Counted from the stretch's first letter, positions 36,401 through 45,400 are shown. The stretch: DNA of 64,000 nucleotides from Patescibacteria group bacterium (GCA_038063815.1 JBBTUJ010000003.1:12965-76964); one strand, 5' to 3'. Notes: generated by a model from the letters alone, not told the origin. Program-made: numbers and translations.

Positions 36401-36958
36401 TCAGGGTAACATCATCGCGTACTGAAAGTGTGCGAAGGCACGGGTGAGCCCGAGGTCGCCGTTCCTGTTGAGGATGACGAAGTCGGCGAGCCCAACCCCA
36501 TCAAGGATTTCACCAGGGGCGTTTTCCAGACGCGTCGAGAGATCCTCGGGTTTTACTCCAAGATCTCTTGCCACAATCCGACCACGGATCGTATCCATGT
36601 CGGGAGTAAGGACGAAAATAAACTTCGCCGGAATTCCCGTCCCTCGAATTTGACGCGCACCCTGCACGTCGATGTCGACGATGGTTCTGAGGTTGTCGCG
36701 GCCAACCTCGGACCGGGGCGTTCCGTACAACTTTCCATGGACCTCGGCCCACTCGAGGAACTCTCCACGCGCGGCCATCTCTTCGAATTGTTCGCGCGCG
36801 ATGAAGTGATACTCGACTCCGTCCGTCTCACCGGGACGAGGGCTCCGCGTCGTACACGACACGGACACTCTGTATCCCGGAACCACTTTCATGAACTTCT
36901 TGATGAGGGTTCCCTTGCCGGCGCCAGAAGGTCCGGAGACGACAGACAGATTTTGCAT
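36401..36958 (-). CDS. gmk: Guanylate kinase
   Basis: SGPSGAGKGT, SCTTRSPRPGETDGVEYHF, FLEWAEVHGKLYGTP, DIDVQGA. Confidence 0.95.
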   Translation of the reverse strand: MQNLSVVSGPSGAGKGTLIKKFMKVVPGYRVSVSCTTRSPRPGETDGVEYHFIAREQFEEMAARGEFLEWAEVHGKLYGTPRSEVGRDNLRTIVDIDVQGARQIRGTGIPAKFIFVLTPDMDTIRGRIVARDLGVKPEDLSTRLENAPGEILDGVGLADFVILNRNGDLGLTRAFAHFQYAMMLP

Positions 36959-37065
36959 CGCTGACCCTCCAGGTCGTTAGGTGCTTCTGGTGTCGGACTT
37001 TACTCTCCTAAAAACATGAAGTCAATTGAACGAAAAGCGTAAGTAAGGTATTCTGGCTTCGCGTC

Positions 37066-37138
37066 GGGCGCTTAGCTCAGTTGGTAGAGCAACTCTTTTA
37101 CACAGAGAAGGTCAGGGGTTCGAATCCCTTAGCGCCCA
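37066..37138 (+). tRNA. tRNA-Val(TAC)
   Basis: GGGCGCT/AGCGCCC, loop TTTACAC, GGTTCGAATCC. Confidence 0.93.
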
Positions 37139-37148
37139 CAAAAACAAA

Positions 37149-37862
37149 ATGCAGATAGAAATCTTGTACGAAGACGATAACCTCCTTGCTATCAATAAGC
37201 CATCGGGGCTGAAGGTTCACGGTGATGGTAGAACTTCCGATGAAACACTTGCTGATTGGGTGCTTGAAAAATATCCCGCACTCAAGGACGTTGGTGAACC
37301 GGGCGTGCTTTCCGATGGGCGGGCAATCGCTCGTCCGGGAATCGTGCACCGCATTGATGCGGAAACATCCGGTGTTCTTGTGCTTGTAAAAAACCAAGAA
37401 ACATTTTTACATTTGAAGAATCAATTTCAGACACGCGCTATAAAAAAGCACTACAACACCTTCGTGTACGGCGTTCCCAAGGGTGTTCGTGCCGTCATCA
37501 ATCGTCCGATTGGGAAGAGTAGGAGAGACCCGCGACTCTGGTCAGCGCAGCGTGGCGCGCGGGGAGTGCTTCGCGAAGCAATCACGCAGTACCGTGTTGC
37601 AAAAACAGGTACAGCGCACGCATATCTCGATGTGTTTCCGCGAACAGGAAGAACGCACCAAATTCGCGTTCACATGAAAGCAATCAATCATCCAATCGTG
37701 TGCGATCGCTTGTACGCACCTGTCCATGAACCAGCGCTCGGGTTTACACGCTTGGCACTTCATGCGACAGCTATCACGATGATTGACATTACTGGTCGCG
37801 AACACAAATTCGAAGCACCCCTTCCCGCCGACTTCCAAAACGCACTCAAAAATCTCCAATAA
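37149..37862 (+). CDS. RluA/RluD family pseudouridine synthase
   Basis: INKPSGL.VH, HRIDAETSG, TGRTHQIRVH, LALHA. Confidence 0.93.
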   Translation: MQIEILYEDDNLLAINKPSGLKVHGDGRTSDETLADWVLEKYPALKDVGEPGVLSDGRAIARPGIVHRIDAETSGVLVLVKNQETFLHLKNQFQTRAIKKHYNTFVYGVPKGVRAVINRPIGKSRRDPRLWSAQRGARGVLREAITQYRVAKTGTAHAYLDVFPRTGRTHQIRVHMKAINHPIVCDRLYAPVHEPALGFTRLALHATAITMIDITGREHKFEAPLPADFQNALKNLQ

Positions 37863-37918
37863 ACGCGCATTCTGAACGGTTGCCTTCGGCAAAAAGGCGT
37901 GCTAGAGTAACGTTTCCT

Positions 37919-38383
37919 ATGAAAACGCCGAACATAAAGATCTCGTCCGCAAATGTCGTGGCCCGCAAAGAACTTCCGATGCGCGCGGGTGATACCGTTC
38001 GTGTGTGGGTGAAAATCGAAGAAAAAGGAAAGACACGACTTCAGGCATTTGAGGGAACGGTTCTTGCACGAAAGGGCGGTACGCAAGCTGGAGCAACGTT
38101 CACCGTGCGACGTGTTGCGGGAGGGCACGGTGTCGAAAAAATATTTCCTCTCTACTCACCAACAATCGACAAAATCGAGATTCTCCGTCGCGTAAAGACA
38201 CGACGTGCGAAGCTCTACCACATCCGTGACAAGGCAACGCGTGAAATCAGACGCCAGATGCGAAAGATGCACTTGGTCAATATTAATGATGACGGTGCAC
38301 CAGAAGAGATAACGCCGGAAGAAATTGTACAAGAAACACCTTCGTCTGAAGAAAAGGTTGAGACGGAAACAGCTACTACATAG
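37919..38383 (+). CDS. rplS: 50S ribosomal protein L19
   Basis: GDTVRV, RLQAFEG, TFTVRR, GVEKIFPLYSP, RRAKLY. Confidence 0.96.
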   Translation: MKTPNIKISSANVVARKELPMRAGDTVRVWVKIEEKGKTRLQAFEGTVLARKGGTQAGATFTVRRVAGGHGVEKIFPLYSPTIDKIEILRRVKTRRAKLYHIRDKATREIRRQMRKMHLVNINDDGAPEEITPEEIVQETPSSEEKVETETATT

Positions 38384-38481
38384 TTTTTTATTTCACCCAT
38401 CCTTGACGGTACGGGGTCGAAGAGTATTGTGTCTCTAGGTTTTGATCTGTTCCTGTCCCACAAACTCAAGGAGAGCACGCT

Positions 38482-38799
38482 GTGAAGAAGACGCACCTGT
38501 TGCCGACTGATTGGAACAAAGACGAGGATTACGCACTGGATCTCAACGGCGGCGTTTTCGTCTGCCGAATCCAGGAGGTGCACTTCGACCAAGCCCACTG
38601 TCGTGTGGGCGTGGTGGTCGGGAACCAAATCGATTTCAGCGGTCCCGAGGCCACCAACCCGCGTCATGGCGAAACACTGGAACTCGAGCACCCGTTTTCG
38701 CTGAAAAGCTTCGCCTTCCTTGGGTGGCGAGTGCGGCGTCTCGCCCCACACGAGCGCGCCCGCGCCCTCGGCGAGGCGAAGTTTCATCAGGGTGCCTAG
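38482..38799 (+). CDS. GC-rich orphan protein
   Basis: TTGACG-16-TATTGT promoter (38403-38430), AAGGAG SD, terminator 38823-38865. Confidence 0.55.
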   Translation: MKKTHLLPTDWNKDEDYALDLNGGVFVCRIQEVHFDQAHCRVGVVVGNQIDFSGPEATNPRHGETLELEHPFSLKSFAFLGWRVRRLAPHERARALGEAKFHQGA

Positions 38800-38822
38800 G
38801 GGCGTGCTGTTGGCACGCGCTG

Positions 38823-38865
38823 GCGGCGGCTTTCTTCGGAAGGCCGCCGCTTCAACTTTCTTTTT
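38823..38865 (+). terminator. Intrinsic terminator
   Basis: gcggcggcttt-cttcgg-aaggccgccgc followed by a T-rich tract. Confidence 0.7.
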
Positions 38866-38903
38866 GTTTAGCACTGTTGTATGGTGTTGTGTATTCGAAA
38901 CAC

Positions 38904-38987
38904 GCGCAGGTGGCGAAATTGGTAGACGCACTACCTTGAGGTGGTAGCGCCCGCAAGGGCTTGGAGGTTCAAATCCTCTCCTGCGCA
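38904..38987 (+). tRNA. tRNA-Leu(GAG)
   Basis: GCGCAGG/CCTGCGC, CTACC-TTGAGGT-GGTAG, variable arm GCCCGCAAGGGC. Confidence 0.94.
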
Positions 38988-39012
38988 CATTTTTAGACAG
39001 CAATTTTTATTT

Positions 39013-39546
39013 ATGAAAAAATCACTCCTTGTCATTCTTGTTCTCATTATCATCGGAGGCATTCTTTATTTTGTTTCAAAAAAACCCGCTCCTGACGAAA
39101 GCACTATCACATCGTTTGAAGAGTGCGCGAAATACTATCCGGTGATGGAGTCATATCCAGAGCAGTGCAACACCCCGGGTGGTAAGCATTTCACACGCGA
39201 CGTCGGAAATATCCTCGAGAAGATGGATCTCATAGACATCGCATCTCCCCGACCGGGCGATGTTGTAAAAAGCCCGCTTACGGTAACTGGTGAAGCGCGT
39301 GGCACGTGGTATTTCGAGGCATCATTTCCTGTGACATTGGTTGATGATGAGGGCGTTGAAGTCGCGCGTGGAATTGCAGAGGCGCAAGGAGAATGGATGA
39401 CAGAAGAATTCGTCCCCTTCAAGGCAACCCTCACATTCACTGAAAAGCCGACCACAGAAAAGGGTCGTTTGATGCTTCACAAGGACAATCCCTCGGGCTT
39501 GCCTCAAAACGATGACGTTCTCATTGTGCCGATTGTGTTTGAATAA
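39013..39546 (+). CDS. Gmad2 immunoglobulin-like domain protein
   Basis: SFEEC...YPVMESYPEQC, GEARGTWYFEASFPV, WMTEEFVPF, KDNPSGLP. Confidence 0.85.
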   Translation: MKKSLLVILVLIIIGGILYFVSKKPAPDESTITSFEECAKYYPVMESYPEQCNTPGGKHFTRDVGNILEKMDLIDIASPRPGDVVKSPLTVTGEARGTWYFEASFPVTLVDDEGVEVARGIAEAQGEWMTEEFVPFKATLTFTEKPTTEKGRLMLHKDNPSGLPQNDDVLIVPIVFE

Positions 39547-39577
39547 CACGAAGCGTCTTATCAGTAGCGACTAGGCC

Positions 39578-39910
39578 ATGAGTAACCACTTCTCGGAGAA
39601 AATAACCCGTGCGCTTGGATCCCCGGCTTCTCTTGCCATACACACCATTCTTTTTATTGGTGTATTTTTTCTACCATATCTCGGATTCTCGTTTGACCGG
39701 GTACTTCTTGGGCTGACGACCATCGTATCGCTCGAGGCCATCTATCTTTCGCTTTTTATTCAGATGACGGTCAACAGAAACACAGAAAGTTTGCAGGGCG
39801 TTGAGGAAGAGATCGGAGAGATTCAGGAAGATATTGGCGAGATCACGGAAGATATCGATGAGTTGTATCAAGAAGAGATAGAAAACCAAGAAGCAGAAGA
39901 AATCGTGTGA
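39578..39910 (+). CDS. DUF1003-like membrane protein
   Basis: GSPASL..HT, LLGLTTIVSLEAIYLSLFIQMTVNR, acidic coiled tail. Confidence 0.75.
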   Translation: MSNHFSEKITRALGSPASLAIHTILFIGVFFLPYLGFSFDRVLLGLTTIVSLEAIYLSLFIQMTVNRNTESLQGVEEEIGEIQEDIGEITEDIDELYQEEIENQEAEEIV

Positions 39911-39967
39911 GATAAGGCCGGCATAAACTTTATCGAGATTTTATCTCGGCATTTCTACGATAGAGAG

Positions 39968-40462
39968 ATGCCACAGGTGAAATGTAAATTGTGCAAAACC
40001 CCCTTTCATGCAAAACCATCGTGGCTCAAGCGGGGCCACGGGATTTATTGTTCTCCCCCGTGCCAACATGTTGGGAGACGAAACGGGAAAGTCATTACGT
40101 GTTTTGGGTGTGGCAAGGAGTCCTACAGGAATTTACACTTACTGAAGCAGTCAAAAAGCGGAAAGTACTTTTGTAGCAAGTCATGTCAGACAAAATGGCG
40201 AAACGCTCTCTTCGTTGGAGCAAAACACGCGAACTGGAAAGATGGTATGCACGCATATCGGAGTGTTTTGTCCCGACACGGAGTTCCGCAGGTTTGCAAA
40301 CGATGTGAAACGAACGACAAACGAATCCTCGCGGTCCATCACATCGATAGGAACAGAAAAAACAATAAAGTTGATAATCTCATCTGGCTTTGCCATAATT
40401 GCCACCACCTTATCCATCATCACAAAAATGAGGAACAAGGGCTCATGGTGCCCATAGTTTAG
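39968..40462 (+). CDS. HNH endonuclease with N-terminal zinc-finger repeats
   Basis: CKLC..YCSPPC, CFGC..FCSKSC, NWKDG, CKRC..VHHIDRNRKNN..NLIWLCHNCH. Confidence 0.88.
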   Translation: MPQVKCKLCKTPFHAKPSWLKRGHGIYCSPPCQHVGRRNGKVITCFGCGKESYRNLHLLKQSKSGKYFCSKSCQTKWRNALFVGAKHANWKDGMHAYRSVLSRHGVPQVCKRCETNDKRILAVHHIDRNRKNNKVDNLIWLCHNCHHLIHHHKNEEQGLMVPIV

Positions 40463-40518
40463 TGGTAAAACTCCGCTCTGTGGCAGCGGCGTCGAGAGTC
40501 CGATTCTCTCTGGGCACC
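40447..40518 (+). tRNA. tRNA-His(GTG)
   Basis: G-1 plus GTGCCCA/TGGGCAC-C, CCGCT-CTGTGGC-AGCGG; T-loop TCCGATT. Confidence 0.9.
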
Positions 40519-40564
40519 CCAATTAGAGATAGTTAGTATTTTGCATACTCACACATACGCGAGA

Positions 40565-40596
40565 CACCCGGTCGTCCTACAAGGGACGACCGGGCG
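40565..40596. terminator. Strong hairpin
   Basis: cccggtcgtcc-tacaag-ggacgaccggg. Confidence 0.65.
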
Positions 40597-40801
40597 CTGA
40601 TCTCGACCAGTGGCCTCACAGGGCTTGGAGTTAGCCGATAGGCACCTCCCAGGTTTGTTGCTCCCGCGCTGGCCCGAATGGCCAGACGCTAAGAGGTCTT
40701 TTCCGTGCGTACCATAGCCAAGATTTGGCCAAAAATCAATCACTGTCTTATTTTTTGGAAAACATCACCGCATCCGCGTATGTTTAGAGTAGCCGTAAGG
40801 A

Positions 40802-40845
40802 ATCGTCTTCGCGCTCGAGCAAAAATGAGAACTGATATACTTTTG
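40802..40845 (+). promoter_or_regulatory. 44-bp promoter cassette, copy 1
   Basis: atcgtcttcgcgctcgagcaaaaatgagaactgaTATACTtttg, 2 nt before GTG. Confidence 0.7.
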
Positions 40846-40847
40846 AT

Positions 40848-41870
40848 GTGAGCGAAAATAGGTATTCATACAAAAGTAGAATGAACGTTAAAACTGGTAC
40901 GAAACGTCGTCTGCTACAAGTTTGTCTTTTCTGTCTCGTGGTGATGATAGTCGCCACGCCATCTTTATTAATAGGCCTTATTCGACTCGAAGACGACAGA
41001 TCGCCTTTTAGCACAGCGTTTCCCGTGACCGTTAATCCGCGAACGAAGACAATTATTGATGACAAGAATATAGAAGCGTATCTACAAAGCGATGCATCTC
41101 CTTTGCAGGCAAGTGCTATCGTGGCCTTTTCAAAACTCAGTGACTTTTTTGTATCGTTCGTGGCGTCTTTCTCAAACTTTGCTGTAGATCACGGTCTAGC
41201 GCTTGCAAGTCAGGAAAAGGTGGTAATCATCGCCCCCGGAGCACGGAAGGAAGAAGTCGCTACTGCGCTTGCAAGAACTCTCACGTGGAATGGTGAAGAA
41301 AAAAAAGAATTTCTGAACGCGGACGAGGGCTTTTTATTTCCAGGAATGTACGTCGTGGATACGAATGCCTCGCCCCTTGAAGTGAAAACCGCGATAGAAG
41401 AAAGATTTAATGAAAATATTTTGTCTCGATATGGAACAACAACCGAAGAGATTGTGCCCCTCACCACAGCGTTGACGATTGCATCACTTATTCAAAAAGA
41501 AACCATCGGCACTCGAGATATGCGACTTGTTTCCGGTATCATTTGGAATCGAATCTTTGTCGGACAAAAACTCCAACTTGATGCAACACTCCAGTATGTG
41601 AAGGCCTCAAAACTACAGAATGGTCAGTGGTGGCCCAAGGTTCTTTCAAAAGATAAATTCATAGAATCTCCCTACAATACGTACAAACATCACGGCTTAC
41701 CACCAACGCCCATTGCCAGTCCGTCTGTGGCAGCTGTAGTGGCGGCTCTCAATCCCTTACGGACCGATTGTTTTTACTACTTTCACGACAAGGACGGAGA
41801 CATTCACTGTTCAGTGGACTATGAAACACACGAGGCGCTCATAGAGCAATTCTTTAACATCACCAAATAA
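40848..41870 (+). CDS. mltG: Endolytic transglycosylase MltG
   Basis: EGFLFP..Y, IASLIQKE, LQLDATLQY, SPYNTYKHHGLPPTPIASP, YYFH. Confidence 0.9.
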   Translation: MSENRYSYKSRMNVKTGTKRRLLQVCLFCLVVMIVATPSLLIGLIRLEDDRSPFSTAFPVTVNPRTKTIIDDKNIEAYLQSDASPLQASAIVAFSKLSDFFVSFVASFSNFAVDHGLALASQEKVVIIAPGARKEEVATALARTLTWNGEEKKEFLNADEGFLFPGMYVVDTNASPLEVKTAIEERFNENILSRYGTTTEEIVPLTTALTIASLIQKETIGTRDMRLVSGIIWNRIFVGQKLQLDATLQYVKASKLQNGQWWPKVLSKDKFIESPYNTYKHHGLPPTPIASPSVAAVVAALNPLRTDCFYYFHDKDGDIHCSVDYETHEALIEQFFNITK

Positions 41871-41912
41871 GCTCCATCACGTCTTGGTATACTTTTTATA
41901 CGCGCAGTATTA

Positions 41913-42050
41913 ATGTATCTTCTGATTCAAATATACACACGGGATATTTGTATGACCATTTGGACGGATACGATTTTAACAACGCTAGTGTCTATGTTTG
42001 TGGCCGTGATGTTGCCTGTAAGGCAATGGTTGAGAAAATCAAAGCGCTAG
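41913..42050 (+). CDS. Possible 45-aa single-TM peptide
   Basis: MYLLIQIYTRDICMTIWTDTILTTLVSMFVAVMLPVRQWLRKSKR; TGgTATACT upstream at 41885-41893. Confidence 0.35.
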   Translation: MYLLIQIYTRDICMTIWTDTILTTLVSMFVAVMLPVRQWLRKSKR

Positions 42051-42090
42051 GGCCCCAAAATTGCGAATTCTTTGTCGAGGGGTTTCATTG

Positions 42091-42134
42091 ATTGTCTTCG
42101 TGCTCGAACAAAAATAAGAACTGGTATACTTTTG
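42091..42134 (+). promoter_or_regulatory. 44-bp promoter cassette, copy 2
   Basis: attgtcttcgtgctcgaacaaaaataagaactggTATACTtttg, 2 nt before ATG. Confidence 0.7.
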
Positions 42135-42136
42135 TT

Positions 42137-42940
42137 ATGGAAGGTGAATCAAAACTGAAAACAGCGGAAACAGATGAACCACCTTTTGTTGGGAGCCGGT
42201 TGGATAGCGAGGTCTCAGAAGACCACAAGGGCTCGGGCAAGTTAACAGAAATAGAAAATAACCCGAACAAGGTTATTCGCCGCGAGAGCCTCGATGCTTT
42301 ACGTACTAGGTATAAGAACAAGATAGAGATAGTCGAGCTTGTTCGTATCGCAAAAACACTATTTGAGGAGTTGGAAACAAAATACGGGATTGAGGCACCG
42401 GTTGATTTTATTATTGGGGTAGACGCACCGGGAAATGGGGTCGTCTATTCGATTGTTGATAAGATTGATGGGGAGGGTTTGGGTGTTCTTGGGGACTCGT
42501 CCGAAGCACTTTCCCAGATCCAAGATCTCTACGCTTCAGTTGCTCGGTATTATCTCGATAAATTAAGAGACGGAGGTTTTTACCTGAACGATATTGCGAA
42601 CGAAGCACAGTATGTATATGGTAAAAAGCCAGGTACAGAAAAGAATAAGATATATCTTGTAGATACGGACATATATTTTAACGAAAGCAGTGTCAAAATG
42701 TATACAACAGTAGTGTGGCTAACAAGACACATCAAGGAACACGAAAAGAATCTCGGAATCGTGTTTGAAAGCGCTCGCGAGTACCTGCAACAATTTGTTA
42801 ATCAACCGTTGCCTGACAAAATGAGTAGTGAAGAAAAAATACGTGTTACAAAAAATATTGAAGGTATACAGAAGTTCTTAAACCACGAAAAACTTGGAGA
42901 AGGACCAATTCCAGCGATTCCGGACTTCGATATACGTTAG
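42137..42940 (+). CDS. Hypothetical protein, possibly a degenerate kinase-like fold
   Basis: IVDKIDG, YLNDI...QYVY, IYLVDTD resemble catalytic-loop and DFG-region positions. Confidence 0.5.
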   Translation: MEGESKLKTAETDEPPFVGSRLDSEVSEDHKGSGKLTEIENNPNKVIRRESLDALRTRYKNKIEIVELVRIAKTLFEELETKYGIEAPVDFIIGVDAPGNGVVYSIVDKIDGEGLGVLGDSSEALSQIQDLYASVARYYLDKLRDGGFYLNDIANEAQYVYGKKPGTEKNKIYLVDTDIYFNESSVKMYTTVVWLTRHIKEHEKNLGIVFESAREYLQQFVNQPLPDKMSSEEKIRVTKNIEGIQKFLNHEKLGEGPIPAIPDFDIR

Positions 42941-42974
42941 GAAGTGGGCTTTTGAAAAAACACCAGTTCCAGCG

Positions 42975-43727
42975 TCACGGTCTCTTTTTTGTTGGAAGTG
43001 TGTTCCAGATGAAATTCCACCACTTTATATAATCTTGTGCGAGTGTTTTATCTTTAAGAACGAAAATTGTTATATCATCTGATAGGCCTTTTGGATTTAT
43101 GCCGGAGTAAATAGCCACATAATTTCCAAAAATATCAATTGACGACTCGGTTGATAACTCTTTGGGGAGAAATTTATATTCGCCGCCAACAGCCCGTGTT
43201 ATTTCTGGGAATTCTTTAATTGATGCGTCATATATAATTTTATTTTTTAAACGAAGCAGGGAATACTTTTTTACAGCATGTCTAACAAAATTCTTTATAC
43301 GAGGATCAAACCATGACCCCTTACTTCCGAGGCCGTAAATAGGTTTTCCAACAGAGAGCTCGAGTGCAATATAGTTCTTAAGCCCGCCGATGCCTTTGTA
43401 TACATATACCGACTGTGATGTAACAACATTTTTGTATTTTTTGATGAGACCAGGCAGGGCGTTTTCAAGGTTCTGTACTCGCTCGTCAAGTATCTCTCGT
43501 AGTTTATCGGGATGTACGGGCGCATACGTGAGAATTTTTTTTGGTAAAACTTGAAAGGCGAGACCTTTGTGAATAAGGCGTTGAATAGCATCATACGTAT
43601 TGCGACGATGAATCTCCGCATGTTTAGAAATGCTCCAAATAGAGGCCCTTTTAAGCTCTAAAAGAGATTTGTAGATCTTGCTCTCATTGGGTGTTAAACC
43701 AATATCTTTGAGTACCTGTTCATACAT
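42975..43727 (-). CDS. TrmB family transcriptional regulator
   Basis: IGLTPNESKIYKSLLEL, IHRRNTYDAIQRLIHKGL, VYKGIGGLK. Confidence 0.88.
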   Translation of the reverse strand: MYEQVLKDIGLTPNESKIYKSLLELKRASIWSISKHAEIHRRNTYDAIQRLIHKGLAFQVLPKKILTYAPVHPDKLREILDERVQNLENALPGLIKKYKNVVTSQSVYVYKGIGGLKNYIALELSVGKPIYGLGSKGSWFDPRIKNFVRHAVKKYSLLRLKNKIIYDASIKEFPEITRAVGGEYKFLPKELSTESSIDIFGNYVAIYSGINPKGLSDDITIFVLKDKTLAQDYIKWWNFIWNTLPTKKRP

Positions 43728-43919
43728 GGAAATGTAGTGTAGCGTCATTTTTAGAAAGGTCAATAAAATGGTGGTATTGGCCACCACCTGTGATAAGTAC
43801 AATTATTTTATTGGAAATATTGGGTAGTAGGACCCGTTCATCTTTCATGGACAAAATAAGAGCGCTTAAGGTTTTTTGAAAAAGGGGTATAAAATTATTC
43901 GTACAGATAATTTATTTTT

Positions 43920-45029
43920 ATGAAGAACTTTTTGAAAAAAGCGGGAACGGTTCTTATAATACTTGTCGTTTTTGTTATTGGTGCGAGTTACATCAAAAAC
44001 AAAAATAGAGACGTATCCAAGTCAATAAAGGTAGGTGTTGTGTTGCCGCTCACCGGTGACAGTGCTTTTATAGGTGAAGATATGAAAAGAGGGATTGATC
44101 TTGCTGCGGAGGAATTCCCAATGGCCGAGTTTATATATGAAGACAGTGCGGGTAACGTGAAAACTGCGGTCTCTGCGTACCAAAAAATACTTCTTAATAA
44201 ACCCACTGTCATTATTGTAGCGGGCACTGGTGTTGAATCTATAATTCCAATTGCAGAAGAGAACAAAATTCCAACGTTTTTGAGCGTCTCTTCGGCTTCG
44301 GGACTACCACAACAAGGGGAATACATTTTTCGTTATTTTACAAATGCAGATAATGACGCTCCTGTGATGGCTGAGTACGTGGTCGAAAAACTTGGTCTGA
44401 AAAAATTTGCAACGCTATACCTTCAAGATCAGTTTGGGATTGATTACAATGAGGTCTTTTCCCATGAGGTGGTGCGCCGTGGGGGAGAGGTTGTGGTATC
44501 GGAAAGTTTCAACTATGGGAATTTTGATTACCGTAGCCAATTGACGAAACTGAGCGAGAAAGAATTTGATGCACTATATCTTATCGGTCTTGATTTTCAA
44601 CTTATCCGCGCACTAAAAGAAATGAAAGAACTGGGAATAAGCACCCAGATTCTTTCTTTGGGGACTGTTGCAACTCGAGGCGCAATAGAACAGGCGGGGA
44701 CTTCAATTGAAAACGTTTATCTAACAGCATTTTGTACCGATGGTTCACCAGAGGAGTATGTAGTACAATTTCAGAATAAATACGGTATTTATCCGGGATT
44801 TTTTTCTGAGATTGGTTACGACATAGTCCAGATGTTAAAAAAAGCATCTGAAAACGGTCGCGAAAAAAAGAACATACAGCAAGGACTTCTTTCAATAAAA
44901 AACTTTACTGTAAATACTGGCGTAGTCACATCAGACCCATTCGGAGAAATGATTATCCCTATGTGTGTAAAAAAAATTACTGGTGGAAAAATATTCAACA
45001 CGGTTACGGAAAAATATTCAAACTACTGA
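43920..45029 (+). CDS. Branched-chain amino acid-type ABC substrate-binding protein (orphan)
   Basis: IKVGVVLPLTGDSAFIG, YEDS, GEYIFR, DYRSQLTKL, GYD. Confidence 0.88.
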   Translation: MKNFLKKAGTVLIILVVFVIGASYIKNKNRDVSKSIKVGVVLPLTGDSAFIGEDMKRGIDLAAEEFPMAEFIYEDSAGNVKTAVSAYQKILLNKPTVIIVAGTGVESIIPIAEENKIPTFLSVSSASGLPQQGEYIFRYFTNADNDAPVMAEYVVEKLGLKKFATLYLQDQFGIDYNEVFSHEVVRRGGEVVVSESFNYGNFDYRSQLTKLSEKEFDALYLIGLDFQLIRALKEMKELGISTQILSLGTVATRGAIEQAGTSIENVYLTAFCTDGSPEEYVVQFQNKYGIYPGFFSEIGYDIVQMLKKASENGREKKNIQQGLLSIKNFTVNTGVVTSDPFGEMIIPMCVKKITGGKIFNTVTEKYSNY

Positions 45030-45093
45030 ACAGTTCTATTTTCTTCAGTCTCTCGCGGAAAAACCCCTTTGGCACGGGGCAGGTTCATGGTGC

Positions 45094-45122
45094 TTGACAG
45101 ATACCCCCTAGGGGTATACCTT
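45094..45122 (+). promoter_or_regulatory. csoR-copA promoter with CsoR operator
   Basis: TTGACA-17-TACCTT enclosing the palindrome ATACCCC-CTA-GGGGTAT (45101-45117). Confidence 0.85.
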
Positions 45123-45130
45123 TGTTGTAT

Positions 45131-45397
45131 ATGCATAACGACATACACACAAAGGTTACCAACCGCCTCAAGCGTATTGAGGGGCAGGTTCGTGGCTTGC
45201 AAAAAATGGTAGGAGAAAAAAAGTACTGCATTGATATCATCACGCAGTCGTCAGCGATCCGGAACGCGCTGGCTTCTGTCGAAGACCTGATGTTGCAGAA
45301 CCATCTCTCGCAACACGTAGCGCATCAGATGAAACATGGCAAAGAAGCGCAGGCGGCAGAAGAAATCTTGAAGGTCTACAAACTCAAAAGAAAATAA
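45131..45397 (+). CDS. csoR: CsoR family copper-sensing repressor
   Basis: RLKRIEGQVRGLQKM, YCIDIITQ, NHLSQHV. Confidence 0.92.
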   Translation: MHNDIHTKVTNRLKRIEGQVRGLQKMVGEKKYCIDIITQSSAIRNALASVEDLMLQNHLSQHVAHQMKHGKEAQAAEEILKVYKLKRK

Positions 45398-45400
45398 TAT

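Noticed and set aside
38215-39003. 262-aa minus-strand ORF
   Set aside because: Runs antisense across tRNA-Leu, an orphan gene and rplS; no motifs
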